A stretch of 64,000 nucleotides of DNA from an uncultured Candidatus Saccharibacteria bacterium (GCA_964495425.1 CAZBVG010000001.1:20054-84053); one strand, 5' to 3'; positions 46,442 through 55,704 are shown, counted from the first letter of the stretch. The notes: generated by a model not told the origin, from the sequence alone. Program-made: numbers and translations.

Positions 46442-47194
46442 TTAGTATGTGCTTGCATCAGTTGATGTACCTGTAGCAACATTCGCTTCATTGTGTGATT
46501 TCATGCTTGCATGAATCGCATTTACAAGACGCGCCTGTGTTGCCGAAGAGAACGTGGTTGAATTTTCAGATCGAACTATTGCTCCAGCAGTTGTGTTCAC
46601 ACTTGCCTTGAGATCGTCTGCATTCTCATCACGAACAAAGATGTTGTACCACCATGGATGGTCAATAACAACACTACCATCAACATTCACACGAGCCTCA
46701 GTTGTAATCATAATTGGTACTATTCCAAGGAATTTCGCTGGCTCCTTGTACCAAACAGATACAGAATCTGCATTTGATTCGATCTTGGTTACATTCTCAT
46801 CACTTGCAACAAGTGATCGAGCATAAGCCTGAAAGTTCGCTGCTGATGTGACATCGGACGGATTGTATGTGACAGAAGTATCACCTGTGATATCTGATCG
46901 TGTGATAGTAAATGTCTCCATGCTTCCGTTTGAATTTACTGTTGATCCAGTTGAAGTTGTGCCTGTCACCGTTGTGTTAACACCGGTGCCTGTAGTACCT
47001 GTACCCGAAGATTGTACTGTTCCAGTTGCGGTAACAGAAGTTTTAACACCAGCCGTACCTTTACCTGATGTTGCCGTACCACCGACATTCGCATCAAGAT
47101 TAAGTGAAGTATTTATCTGAGCGTTTGCAACAGTTCCCGTAGCAAAGAGTCCCAATACAGCCGCTATGAAACCTACTCTTTGTAATGTAGTCAT
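46442..47194 (-). CDS. secreted Thr/Gly/Ser-rich low-complexity protein
   Basis: Signal peptide. Repetitive TGT/VTG tracts then a globular C-terminus. Confidence 0.55.
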   Translation of the reverse strand: MTTLQRVGFIAAVLGLFATGTVANAQINTSLNLDANVGGTATSGKGTAGVKTSVTATGTVQSSGTGTTGTGVNTTVTGTTSTGSTVNSNGSMETFTITRSDITGDTSVTYNPSDVTSAANFQAYARSLVASDENVTKIESNADSVSVWYKEPAKFLGIVPIMITTEARVNVDGSVVIDHPWWYNIFVRDENADDLKASVNTTAGAIVRSENSTTFSSATQARLVNAIHASMKSHNEANVATGTSTDASTY

Positions 47195-47282
47195 GGGATG
47201 AAAGATTAATTGTAAAAGGGTGCTGCAAGCACCCCTAGTAATACTACGCTTATAACTCCCAAAAGTTTCTCTAAAAAATGGC

Positions 47283-48230
47283 TTATTTACTTGATATTAA
47301 GCACGTCTGGCCATTTCTCTGTATATCAAAAGCCTGTTCTGTAAGTAGGATCTCCTTTCCCTGCAACGCGAGTTCAACACCGAGACCTGTGCGAACTTCA
47401 GAAGTCCAATATTGATCGAATACAAAATTACCGAGCGAATAATAAATATGCTTGTCGCTATATATCTCATGCTCTTGTATGACATGAGGATGGGAACCAA
47501 GTATAAGATCAGCGCCAGAGTCAATAAAACGATGTGCCACTGATTTCATATATTCAGTCACTTCAACATATTCTTCACCCCAGTGCGCATACACGACAAC
47601 AAAATCCGCTTCTCGACGCATTTTCCAAATAGCATCAATAGTTTTTTGAGGATCATTTTGTCCCAAAAACTGATTAAAAGCCACAAAGGCAATTTTCTTG
47701 TCACCTATTTTCTTTACAATAGAAATATCCCCGATCGGTGATCCAAAATATGATATGTTTGATTCCGACAAATACTTCTGCGTCATCGCAAGCCCTTCCC
47801 TTCCAAAATCAAGAATATGATTATTTCCAATGCTCACTATCCCAATGTTATGTCTTGATAATGTCTGCGCAACATCTGGATGAAAAGTAAAAGAAGTGTT
47901 TCCTTGTTCACCCGGTTTCGTGCCTGCACTCAATGATGGATACGTAGTAATCGGCCCCTCAAGATTACCGACAACAACATCAAATTCTTTTAAATAATCA
48001 GCGGCGCATGAGAATATAGCGTCGTACCCCTTGCTGTCCGCGAGTGATCTCAACGTTCGATCAAACATCATATCCCCCACAAAGAGAATCCTCGCCGAAC
48101 CAAACGCTCCAGACGAATGTCCGTTTGAACTATAGAGAAAAAAACCGACGGCACATATGCAAAGCGCTATGAGAGCGTTTCGTTTGTTCACGAACGCCTT
48201 GAATGAAGATGTGGTCATAATATGGAACAA
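47283..48230 (-). CDS. CapA/PgsA family metallophosphatase
   Basis: RILFVGDMMFDR, GNLEGP, GNNHILD and HWGEEY motifs of the CapA family. Confidence 0.8.
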   Translation of the reverse strand: MFHIMTTSSFKAFVNKRNALIALCICAVGFFLYSSNGHSSGAFGSARILFVGDMMFDRTLRSLADSKGYDAIFSCAADYLKEFDVVVGNLEGPITTYPSLSAGTKPGEQGNTSFTFHPDVAQTLSRHNIGIVSIGNNHILDFGREGLAMTQKYLSESNISYFGSPIGDISIVKKIGDKKIAFVAFNQFLGQNDPQKTIDAIWKMRREADFVVVYAHWGEEYVEVTEYMKSVAHRFIDSGADLILGSHPHVIQEHEIYSDKHIYYSLGNFVFDQYWTSEVRTGLGVELALQGKEILLTEQAFDIQRNGQTCLISSK

Positions 48231-49148
48231 CTAGATACGAAGATACTTTCGAACAGCGAGATAACTAGAGACAGCGCCGAGAACGACACCTGTTCCCGCA
48301 ATAAGAATAAATATATGAACGAAGTTAGCTATGTAATACGAGAGAACATTAAATCCACTAAAGAATGTCTCTGTAATTGAAGAAAGCCAGAACGTTGCTG
48401 GGTAGAAAAACGCAAGCGTTATGATGGCCGATACAAATCCATACATAATTCCTGCCATAATAAACGGACCTCGAATATATCTGTTCGAAGCTCCCACAAG
48501 TCTCATAACGGAAATTTCTTCTCGTGCAATATATATAGCGAGTCGAATGGTGTTAAATGCAATAAGAATAGAAATAAGAACCAAGATGAGAGTAATCCCT
48601 ATAGCAATTTTGGTTCCACCATCAATAATGCGAGTAAGCGTATCAATTGCGGTCTTATTTTGATAGTAGTTAATTTTATCAATGAACGCACCATCGCTTC
48701 CCGCCTCGGCATCAAGGAACTTTGCAATCCCTTCGTACTGCGATGTTTCTTTCGCCTTGATGTTTAAAATTGCGCCAAGTGGATTTTCTCCAAGTTCCTC
48801 AAGTGCCTGAAGCGTAATCTGATCGTTTGCGTGGCGATTCTTAAAATTCTGAAGTGCCTCATCTTTAGAAACATACTGAACAAGAGCAACCTCGGGCAAA
48901 CTTTCAATTTTGTTTTTAAGCGCTAACACATCTGCCTCACTTGCATTTGGGACGAAATACACATTCACATCAACCTTTGACTTGATTTCTTGGAGCGATG
49001 AGTTGAGAAGAGCTCCGGTGAATACAACGCTTCCTACAGCAAACAGTGTAAGAGTAATGATAAGTACTGATGAGAGCGAAACGAAACCATTTCTCCAAAA
49101 TGATACGAAGCCTGATTTGATTATTCGCCGTGTGTTAAGCCAAAACAT
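48231..49148 (-). CDS. ftsX: cell division ABC transporter permease FtsX
   Basis: N-terminal TM, large periplasmic loop, C-terminal 3-TM FtsX domain. Adjacent to ftsE. Confidence 0.85.
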   Translation of the reverse strand: MFWLNTRRIIKSGFVSFWRNGFVSLSSVLIITLTLFAVGSVVFTGALLNSSLQEIKSKVDVNVYFVPNASEADVLALKNKIESLPEVALVQYVSKDEALQNFKNRHANDQITLQALEELGENPLGAILNIKAKETSQYEGIAKFLDAEAGSDGAFIDKINYYQNKTAIDTLTRIIDGGTKIAIGITLILVLISILIAFNTIRLAIYIAREEISVMRLVGASNRYIRGPFIMAGIMYGFVSAIITLAFFYPATFWLSSITETFFSGFNVLSYYIANFVHIFILIAGTGVVLGAVSSYLAVRKYLRI

Positions 49149-49159
49149 AGATGTGAAAA

Positions 49160-49840
49160 TTAAATTGCGTATTTACCATCCTTATCATCCCGAACCACCC
49201 GTCCCTTTTCCATAGTGATAACTCGCTTGCCGATCGATTCAATTACTCCTTTATTATGAGTGGTCAAAATAACCGTGGTGCCAAAATCATTAATTTTTTT
49301 AAGGATTTGAACAATTTCGTACGTGTTCACAGGGTCAAGATTACCTGTAGGCTCATCAGCAATAATCACATCAGGTTGATTTACAATTGCACGAGCAATT
49401 GCCACGCGCTGCTTCTCCCCGCCAGAAAGTTCTCGAGGAAAACTCCAGATCTTCTTTCCCAAATCAACAAGTTCGAGCACATGAGGAACATCCGAGGCAA
49501 TTTCTTCATCAGAACGTCCCGCTGCCTCCATAGCAAAGGCAATATTTTCAAACACGGTCTTGTTGGGGATCAAACGAAAATCCTGAAACACCGTACCAAA
49601 TCGACGACGATACTCAGGCATTTTAGTGCGCTTGATTTTGTGAATGTTAGTAGACTCAAAAAGAACCGATCCCTTTGTTGGTCGTTCTTCTGCCAAAATC
49701 ATTTTTATGAGTGTCGTTTTGCCCGCGCCAGAATGACCCACAATTGATACAAACTCCTTGGGATCTATCTTTAAACTCACCTCCTCGAGGGCAACCGAAT
49801 CATCAGAGTATATCTTTGTTACTTTATCGAAATGAATCAT
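49160..49840 (-). CDS. ftsE: cell division ATP-binding protein FtsE
   Basis: Walker A GHSGAGKTT, signature LSGGEKQRVAIARA, Walker B IIADEPTGNLD. Confidence 0.9.
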   Translation of the reverse strand: MIHFDKVTKIYSDDSVALEEVSLKIDPKEFVSIVGHSGAGKTTLIKMILAEERPTKGSVLFESTNIHKIKRTKMPEYRRRFGTVFQDFRLIPNKTVFENIAFAMEAAGRSDEEIASDVPHVLELVDLGKKIWSFPRELSGGEKQRVAIARAIVNQPDVIIADEPTGNLDPVNTYEIVQILKKINDFGTTVILTTHNKGVIESIGKRVITMEKGRVVRDDKDGKYAI

Positions 49841-49920
49841 AGAAACCAGGTCTAAAGTATATCAATCATATTCGGACATGTCCGTATCTCGTTATTCTAG
49901 CACATTATTATATGCTGCAC

Positions 49921-50790
49921 TTACAAGCCTTTCTCCGCCTCGATAAAGAGGTCCAGGTCGCCGGCAAACACCGCATCAACAGTAGCCGTTTCAACACCCG
50001 TACGGTGATCCTTTACCATTTTGTAAGGATGAGTCACATATGACCGGATTTGATTTCCCCATTCTATATCAGTCGTTTTTGAAATATACATTCCCTGCTC
50101 TTTTGCTTTTCGCTCATCATCACGCAACTTATAGAGCTTTGCGCGCAAAATATCCATAGCAATTTCTCGATTTTGTGCCTGTGACCGTTCCGTATCAACG
50201 TGTACGGCAATTTTTGTTGGAATATGCACAAGACGCACTGCCGTTTCTCGTTTATTAACATTCTGGCCACCTGGACCTGATGATCGCGCGAATTCGATTT
50301 TAATTTCCTCCGGTGGAATCGGCATATTTTCTGCCTTTTCGAATTTAGGAATAACCTCAACTAGGCTAAATGACGTATGTCGCAATTTTTTGGCATTAAA
50401 TGGAGAAATGCGAACCAATCTATGCACACCGGACTCATTTTTAAGCGTACCGTAAGCACCTTTACCTATAACCTCGCATGTGACATTACGATACCCTCCG
50501 TGATCATTTTGATGTTGATGCAAAAAGTGAACTGACCAACCTTTCCGGTCAAAATACTTCAAATACATTTCAAGCAACATACGAGAGAAATCTTCTGCAT
50601 CATCTCCACCGGCGCCGGAAAAAATAGTTACAATTGCATTTCCCTTTTCATATTTTTCCACTTCAGCAGCCAGAGCTTTGAGCGTGTTAAGCTCCTTCAA
50701 AATGTGCTGAGCTTTTTCTTTTGCATCCCAAAACGACGCATCAGCCATGAGCGCTTCGATTTCTGCAATTCGTTTCTGTGGATCAATCAT
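49921..50790 (-). CDS. prfB: peptide chain release factor 2 (N-terminally short, no frameshift site)
   Basis: SPF tripeptide (RF2-specific) and GGQ motif (GPGGQNVN). Starts at the position equivalent to the post-frameshift Asp of E. coli RF2. Confidence 0.85.
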   Translation of the reverse strand: MIDPQKRIAEIEALMADASFWDAKEKAQHILKELNTLKALAAEVEKYEKGNAIVTIFSGAGGDDAEDFSRMLLEMYLKYFDRKGWSVHFLHQHQNDHGGYRNVTCEVIGKGAYGTLKNESGVHRLVRISPFNAKKLRHTSFSLVEVIPKFEKAENMPIPPEEIKIEFARSSGPGGQNVNKRETAVRLVHIPTKIAVHVDTERSQAQNREIAMDILRAKLYKLRDDERKAKEQGMYISKTTDIEWGNQIRSYVTHPYKMVKDHRTGVETATVDAVFAGDLDLFIEAEKGL

Positions 50791-50820
50791 TGAATTTGAG
50801 TATACCCCAGTCTTATAAAT

Positions 50821-50972
50821 AAAAAAGCCGCGCAGTATCTGCGACGGCTATAAACAAACAAAATCTAACGAAAGATCTGAAGGGGTCCCCAAAGAAGCTA
50901 TTGGTGGGCGCGCGCGGGACTCTGAGGACCCCCATTCAGCATTGCTACCGGAATCCAGGGCCGGTAGCACTG
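50821..50972 (-). ncRNA. candidate about 150-nt GC-rich structured RNA (sRNA or prfB leader) with sigma70-like promoter and intrinsic terminator
   Basis: TTGACA-N16-TATTAT on the minus strand (51005..50978). Stems GCUACCGG/CCGGUAGC and GGGGUCC/GGACCCC. Terminator GCCGUCGCAG-auacu-CUGCGCGGC + U6 at 50848..50821, 30 nt before the prfB ATG. Confidence 0.45.
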
Positions 50973-50977
50973 AACAC

Positions 50978-51005
50978 ATAATAACCAATCTATCGGTGTT
51001 GTCAA
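50978..51005 (-). promoter_or_regulatory. sigma70-like promoter TTGACA-N16-TATTAT (minus strand)
   Basis: Exact consensus -35 and a near-consensus -10. Confidence 0.55.
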
Positions 51006-51079
51006 GGTTTTTGCAAAAAACGCCGAAATAACCTATAGTGGGGCTTGTATTTTCGGTATTTGCAGCATGGTTATTTCAA

Positions 51080-51152
51080 GCCAACGTAGCTCAGTCGGTA
51101 GAGCACGTCATTGGTAATGACGAGGTCTCCGGTTCGATCCCGGACGTTGGCT
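51080..51152 (+). tRNA. tRNA-Thr (anticodon GGU)
   Basis: Cloverleaf GCCAACG...CGTTGGC-T. Anticodon stem CGTCA/TGACG with loop TTGGTAA. T-loop TTCGATC. Confidence 0.85.
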
Positions 51153-51167
51153 CCCGGCTATACATGT

Positions 51168-51240
51168 GCCACCTTAGCTCAGTTGGTAGAGCAATACTTT
51201 CGTAAAGTAGAGGTCCCCAGTTCGATCCTGGGAGGTGGCT
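51168..51240 (+). tRNA. tRNA-Thr (anticodon CGU)
   Basis: Acceptor GCCACCT/AGGTGGC. Anticodon loop TTCGTAA (U33, A37). T-loop TTCGATC. Its last nucleotide overlaps the stop codon of the convergent nfi gene. Confidence 0.8.
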
Positions 51241-51926
51241 CACTTAGGATTTTCACTCACCTCTCCTCTCCTAAATTTATTCACGAGCTCGTGTGCAAGT
51301 CGTGTCGGCTCGGGTAATTTGTAATTTTTGATCGACGCTTTCACTATTTCAAGTGCTCCCATTTGATCGATCAAATGTCCGGGCGAAATAATAAGTGGAT
51401 TTGAGCGCTTGTTTGATTTATACGCATATCCCAAAAAATCCCCTGTATATGAGTCCTTTATCTCTGATGACTCGCCGGGAATTGTTGGCGCTCGAAATGC
51501 ACCAAACAATCTAGTCTTGGCACAACCAATCGTGGGTATTCCAGTAACCAACCCCAAGTGAGATGCGATACCTAAACGCCGGGGATGAGCGATCCCCTGA
51601 CCATCAACAATTATGAGATGAGGCTTTACCGGTAATTTATTAAAACATTCCAAAAGTCCAGGAATTTCTCGAAATGAAAGTAATCCGGGAACATACGGAA
51701 AAGTAATTTCTATTTTTGATAACGCGTGGCATACCGGTTTCAAATCAGGAAATGAAAGCACAATAATACCTGCGTATAAATCAGTACCGAATTTCTCCAC
51801 TGAAGCATCCGCCCCGGCAATAAATGTTGGTTTCTTATCGAGCGGCTTTAGTTGTACCTTCGATTGTAGTTCTTTTTGTATATCTACAGCCTTCTTCGGA
51901 TCGATGCTCATCCATTGTATTTCCAT
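51240..51926 (-). CDS. nfi: endonuclease V (deoxyinosine 3' endonuclease)
   Basis: Endo V blocks FIAGADAS, IIVDGQGIAHPRRLGIASHLG and GCAKTRL. Start at the internal ATG (MEIQWMSIDP). The longer ORF-finder start at 52091 lacks conservation. Confidence 0.75.
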   Translation of the reverse strand: MEIQWMSIDPKKAVDIQKELQSKVQLKPLDKKPTFIAGADASVEKFGTDLYAGIIVLSFPDLKPVCHALSKIEITFPYVPGLLSFREIPGLLECFNKLPVKPHLIIVDGQGIAHPRRLGIASHLGLVTGIPTIGCAKTRLFGAFRAPTIPGESSEIKDSYTGDFLGYAYKSNKRSNPLIISPGHLIDQMGALEIVKASIKNYKLPEPTRLAHELVNKFRRGEVSENPK

Positions 51927-52023
51927 AATAATAGGTTTATAAAAGTAGTACGTCTGAATATGGTAAGTAGGTGCACGACGCCACTGAAACAAATCAGAAA
52001 CATATAACGTACTACCAAAGTAC

Positions 52024-52566
52024 ATGACTATTCCTGCCGAAATAATTGAACGAGCCAAAAATGGCGACCTGGTAGCATTCGAACAAATCATTTTTGAATT
52101 CGAAAAGCCGCTTTGGAACTACCTCGTCCGTCTTTCTGGCAGTAAAGATGATGCTGAGGACCTCATCCAGGAGACATTTGTGAAGGTTTATAAGCACATC
52201 AAAACTATCGATGGTTCGCGTAATATCAAATCGTGGATCTATACTATTGCCACAAATACCGCCTATGATCACCTCCGCAAACGAAAGCGAGAGGCGCTCG
52301 TAGAACTTGACGAAGAGCACGAAACAAGCGTTGATAATAAAGCGTATTATTCAGTGTCGGTGGAAGAGAACATTGAGTCAAAAGATGTTTCGGCGGCAAT
52401 AGATCGCCTGGACACTCTGTATAAAGGGCCCATCCTACTTTATTACAAGGATGGATTTAGTTATGAGGAAATAGCGGATATGCTATCTATTCCGATTAAC
52501 ACCCTTAAAACTCGACTTTCACGGGCAAAAAAGCAGCTTGCGACATTACTTGTTAATTATCAATAA
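52024..52566 (+). CDS. ECF-type sigma-70 family factor
   Basis: Region 2 (EDLIQETFVKVY) and region 4 (SYEEIADMLSIPINTLKTRLSRAKKQL). Confidence 0.8.
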   Translation: MTIPAEIIERAKNGDLVAFEQIIFEFEKPLWNYLVRLSGSKDDAEDLIQETFVKVYKHIKTIDGSRNIKSWIYTIATNTAYDHLRKRKREALVELDEEHETSVDNKAYYSVSVEENIESKDVSAAIDRLDTLYKGPILLYYKDGFSYEEIADMLSIPINTLKTRLSRAKKQLATLLVNYQ

Positions 52567-52576
52567 ATCAACATAC

Positions 52577-52990
52577 ATGCCGAATCTTTCTTTCGACCTC
52601 AACACCAAGAAGGACCTCCTCGAAGACGTACCCCTGCCGCGCGACCTTCACTCGAAGATCATGAAGCGAGTTTTTGTAGCAAGCTACGGAAAATATCTTT
52701 TTGCCGCAACCACCATCCTCTTTGTTAACCTCGGTGTGCTCTCTGTTGAGCTTTATCGTCGAATAAGCGACGTAAATTTCAAAGAAATGGCTGAGACGCT
52801 TTCTCAGAACATCGCTTTCTCTCCTGCATATATAGGTCACGCGACACAAACGCTCTATGCTGCATTGCCGGTCCAATCGATCTTCGCGACATTGGTCACC
52901 GCTGCACTCTGCACCTATATGACGTTCGTCATTCTTAAGTTTTATAAGGACCCACGGTCAGTTGGTCTCTTCAGAAATCTTGCTCGATAG
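52577..52990 (+). CDS. membrane protein downstream of sigma factor (putative anti-sigma factor)
   Basis: Start at the ATG 11 bp after the sigma stop. Two TM helices. Confidence 0.5.
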   Translation: MPNLSFDLNTKKDLLEDVPLPRDLHSKIMKRVFVASYGKYLFAATTILFVNLGVLSVELYRRISDVNFKEMAETLSQNIAFSPAYIGHATQTLYAALPVQSIFATLVTAALCTYMTFVILKFYKDPRSVGLFRNLAR

Positions 52991-53017
52991 AAAGAACAAT
53001 ACACGAATCATATATAA

Positions 53018-53050
53018 AAGAACCGGTTATGAGCCGGTTCTTTTATTTTT
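53018..53050. terminator. bidirectional terminator AAGAACCGG-ttatgag-CCGGTTCTT + TTATTTTT
   Basis: 9-bp stem plus T-run. Confidence 0.8.
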
Positions 53051-53057
53051 ATACTGA

Positions 53058-53246
53058 TTATTGATTTGAAGGAGAATTTGATCCTCCGCCTGTACCAGGC
53101 AAATCAACTTGTATCACTGCGTTATCGGTGTCAGATTCAACAGGCACCATTCGTCGCTGACCAACCATATACCACACAACAAAACCAACCACCACAACAA
53201 GTAAAATCACAAGAATTGCATTCGTTGTCGAATTTGTCTCATTCAT
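53058..53246 (-). CDS. small hypothetical single-TM protein
   Basis: 62-aa ORF with a central TM helix, positioned right after the terminator. Confidence 0.35.
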   Translation of the reverse strand: MNETNSTTNAILVILLVVVVGFVVWYMVGQRRMVPVESDTDNAVIQVDLPGTGGGSNSPSNQ

Positions 53247-53352
53247 ACATTTATATATTAATTAACCACATATATTACGCCTGGATAAGGCCTTTGGGGT
53301 GCAAATTTAAACAGAATATGCTTAAATGTTTTCACGCGAATACGCGGTATAT

Positions 53353-53426
53353 GCGGGTGTAGCTCAGCTGGTTAGAGCGCTTCCCTGTCACGGAAGAGGC
53401 CGAGGGTTCGAGTCCCTTCACTCGCG
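53353..53426 (+). tRNA. tRNA-Asp (anticodon GUC)
   Basis: Acceptor GCGGGTG/CACTCGC. Anticodon stem CTTCC/GGAAG with loop CTGTCAC. T-loop TTCGAGT. Confidence 0.85.
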
Positions 53427-53435
53427 CAGACAGCT

Positions 53436-53463
53436 AAAAGGCCAAGATATTCTTGGCCTTTTA
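53436..53463. terminator. bidirectional terminator AAAAGGCCAAGA-tat-TCTTGGCCTTTT between convergent tRNAs
   Basis: 12-bp stem with A/T flanks. Confidence 0.8.
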
Positions 53464-53480
53464 CGTAACTACGTATCATG

Positions 53481-53556
53481 TGGTGTCAGGAGTGGGGATC
53501 GAACCCACGACCCCAGGCTTATGAGTCCTGTGCTCTACCGACTGAGCTATCCTGAC
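53481..53556 (-). tRNA. tRNA with CAU anticodon (elongator Met or Ile2/lysidine type), CCA encoded
   Basis: Acceptor GTCAGGA/TCCTGAC. Anticodon loop CTCATAA. T-arm GTGGG-TTCGATC-CCCAC. No initiator features. Confidence 0.8.
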
Positions 53557-53611
53557 ATACGCTATAGCGTTTTCCTACGATATCACGGTAGGGCCCCTTT
53601 TCCAAGATTTA

Positions 53612-53736
53612 TTTGACTCAAATCTCCTTTCATTACATAAAAGGAAAAGTGAAAGAAAGGTTTTGGGTGCCCCGTATTATCCATGTGTCCTTCTAATAGT
53701 GATTGATAAAAACACCCTCTCCCGGGTGTTTTTATC
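53612..53736 (+). ncRNA. candidate small transcript: TTGACT-N17-CATAAA promoter-like element to intrinsic terminator (ACACCC-tctcc-GGGTGT + TTTTTAT)
   Basis: About 90-nt purine-rich segment between the promoter-like motif and the terminator. No ORF. Confidence 0.3.
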
Positions 53737-53834
53737 TTGTAAAAGAGCATTTCAAGTGGCCCAATAGTTGCTTTTCTGTAAAACAAGAGCAATCTATACA
53801 ACGTAGTATTATCGTAGCGTTAATAAGTAATACA

Positions 53835-54338
53835 ATGGAACAAGAACAAAATAGCAAGGCTTGGATTTGGATTGTGGTGGCTATCGTTGTCATCATCGCC
53901 CTCTTCTTTGTCTTCCGACCAAAGACCACCCCTTCAACTGAAGTAGGTGGCGAAACAAGCACTTCAACTTCACCTACAAGCTCACTTGCAATCCGCCCAT
54001 ACGGCGAAGTAGAGCTTAAGCTCGGTGAATCAGCTAACTTCAACGGCATCTCAATCACTCCTCTCTCAATAGTAGAGGATAGCCGATGCCCAGCTGATGT
54101 GCAGTGTATCCAGGCTGGAACCGTGCGCGTGAATGTTAAGTCGCTCCAGAACGGAGGTGTAACCAAGGAAACCGTTATTGGCCTTGGAACTCCTGTTAAG
54201 ATCGACACCTTCTCTGTTGCCCTCGTAGCAGTTACCCCTGGTACAAAAGCAAATCAAAAGATTGCAAACTCAGACTACCGATTGCGCTTCCGCGTAAATC
54301 AGGCAGCTGTAGTTGATACTGGTTTGATTGGTAAATAA
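53835..54338 (+). CDS. hypothetical membrane-anchored secreted protein
   Basis: Start at MEQEQNSKAWIWIVVAIVVIIALFF (TM). Ser/Thr linker then a globular domain with two Cys. Confidence 0.5.
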   Translation: MEQEQNSKAWIWIVVAIVVIIALFFVFRPKTTPSTEVGGETSTSTSPTSSLAIRPYGEVELKLGESANFNGISITPLSIVEDSRCPADVQCIQAGTVRVNVKSLQNGGVTKETVIGLGTPVKIDTFSVALVAVTPGTKANQKIANSDYRLRFRVNQAAVVDTGLIGK

Positions 54339-54349
54339 CCCTGAAAACA

Positions 54350-54380
54350 AAAACCGCTAATTTGAGCGGTTTTTGTTTGC
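54350..54380 (+). terminator. terminator AAACCGCT-aatttg-AGCGGTTT + TTGTTTG
   Basis: 8-bp stem plus T-run. Confidence 0.8.
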
Positions 54381-54405
54381 ATAAAAAAGAAGCCGTTGGG
54401 CTTCT

Positions 54406-54900
54406 TTAAGCATGACAACACCAGGTTGCCAATAAAGGATGATTGTATTCCTTTGGCCATGACTCGATTTCAATTTTCTCTCTAGACACACACCGAAGTA
54501 TTACCATGGCACGCCTAGAGATACTAGAACTTGTGCGAAAGTAACGCCCATCGAGCAACATCAGAGGAAGATTTCTGCGAATCGCGTATACCATTAGCAT
54601 ACTCATAGAAACTGCTGTTGGCATCAATAAACCAGAACCACGGTCACGCGTTTCTGTGTGCTCCATCACACTCAAACCACTAGCAGATTCATCCATAAAG
54701 AATGGATAGTAAGCAGGCCACCAATTTGGTTCATGAAGGAAGAGATTTCTATTTCGGATCCAAAACATTTCCAGTGTTACTGGATTAGGATAGATCCGAA
54801 TAAACTCATCACGAAATACCAAGGAATCAGAAGCAGGAATATCGACGAGACTCATAGTCTGTATAGATTGTTTTGGGTTGAGAACAACTTCGATATTCAT
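54406..54900 (-). CDS. hypothetical protein
   Basis: Start at the internal ATG (MNIEVVLNPKQ). Trp/Tyr/Pro-rich middle region. Confidence 0.4.
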   Translation of the reverse strand: MNIEVVLNPKQSIQTMSLVDIPASDSLVFRDEFIRIYPNPVTLEMFWIRNRNLFLHEPNWWPAYYPFFMDESASGLSVMEHTETRDRGSGLLMPTAVSMSMLMVYAIRRNLPLMLLDGRYFRTSSSISRRAMVILRCVSREKIEIESWPKEYNHPLLATWCCHA

Positions 54901-54956
54901 CCTATTCCCTAATACAACAAAAAGCACCCTTGTTAGGATGCTTTTTGTATTTCTTG

Positions 54957-55030
<74 letters not shown>

Positions 55031-55118
55031 ATGTTTCCAGCCATTCACTGGTCTGCATAGTATACAACGTCAAAACTTCACTTGCAAGCCTTCCGCTATA
55101 GCGTTTTACACAGTTGTA

Positions 55119-55700
55119 TTAGATAGTGTAAAACTCCTCAAAAACCTTCCTATAAAGCCCTATAACGCGCTTAGCCTCACGTTCGTCTATCTGGAACTCT
55201 GTACCCTTATGCGCTATGTCGTTACGGATTTTATGGGCTTCCCAGGCGAGATCAAGGGTAAGGAAATCTTCCTTTTTTATACCCTTAAGCTTCTCCCCTA
55301 TAGAGTCGCCCTGGTAGCCCAATTTCTCCAAAATATCATTAAGCATGATATCTGCCTCTATGATGGCCAGGCGCCAATCTGAGGGCGCTAGAGAGTTGAT
55401 ATGAGCCTCGATCTTGAGCCACTTCTCTCGCAATTCCGGATCATGGGCGGTCTCAATGTCGCTTTGCTTAAGCGTAAGTGCCTTGAACTTCTTTTCTTCT
55501 TCATCTTTCGCGTCTTTGAGCTTCTGATAGCTATAAAAGATCACGTAGACAAAAAATACAGTGAGAATAATCGCGACAGGTAAAAGAAGCTTGATGATCC
55601 CAATGATCATGTTAAGAATCGCAACCGGGTCGAGATTCTTTAAAAAATCAAAAATCCGCAGGAACAAATATTCGAGGTTGAGAAAGTTTATGCTATCCAC
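55119..55700 (-). CDS. hypothetical membrane-anchored protein
   Basis: 193-aa ORF with one TM helix and a charged helical C-terminal domain. Immediately downstream of gatA. Confidence 0.5.
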   Translation of the reverse strand: MDSINFLNLEYLFLRIFDFLKNLDPVAILNMIIGIIKLLLPVAIILTVFFVYVIFYSYQKLKDAKDEEEKKFKALTLKQSDIETAHDPELREKWLKIEAHINSLAPSDWRLAIIEADIMLNDILEKLGYQGDSIGEKLKGIKKEDFLTLDLAWEAHKIRNDIAHKGTEFQIDEREAKRVIGLYRKVFEEFYTI

Positions 55701-55704
55701 CTTT

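Noticed and set aside
50791-50860. Programmed +1 frameshift site for prfB
   Set aside because: No CUU-UGA-C or other shifty stop preceded by an AUG-initiated short ORF. The -1 frame is closed by TAA 30 nt upstream of the RF2 ATG.
50821-50972. Structured RNA considered as SRP (4.5S) RNA
   Set aside because: It lacks the conserved domain IV motifs (GGAA tetraloop context, AGCAG/CAGG symmetric loop). Left as an unclassified candidate.
53326-53616. 96-aa plus ORF
   Set aside because: It spans tRNA-Asp, a terminator and the antisense of tRNA-Met, so it is a translation artefact of tRNA sequence.
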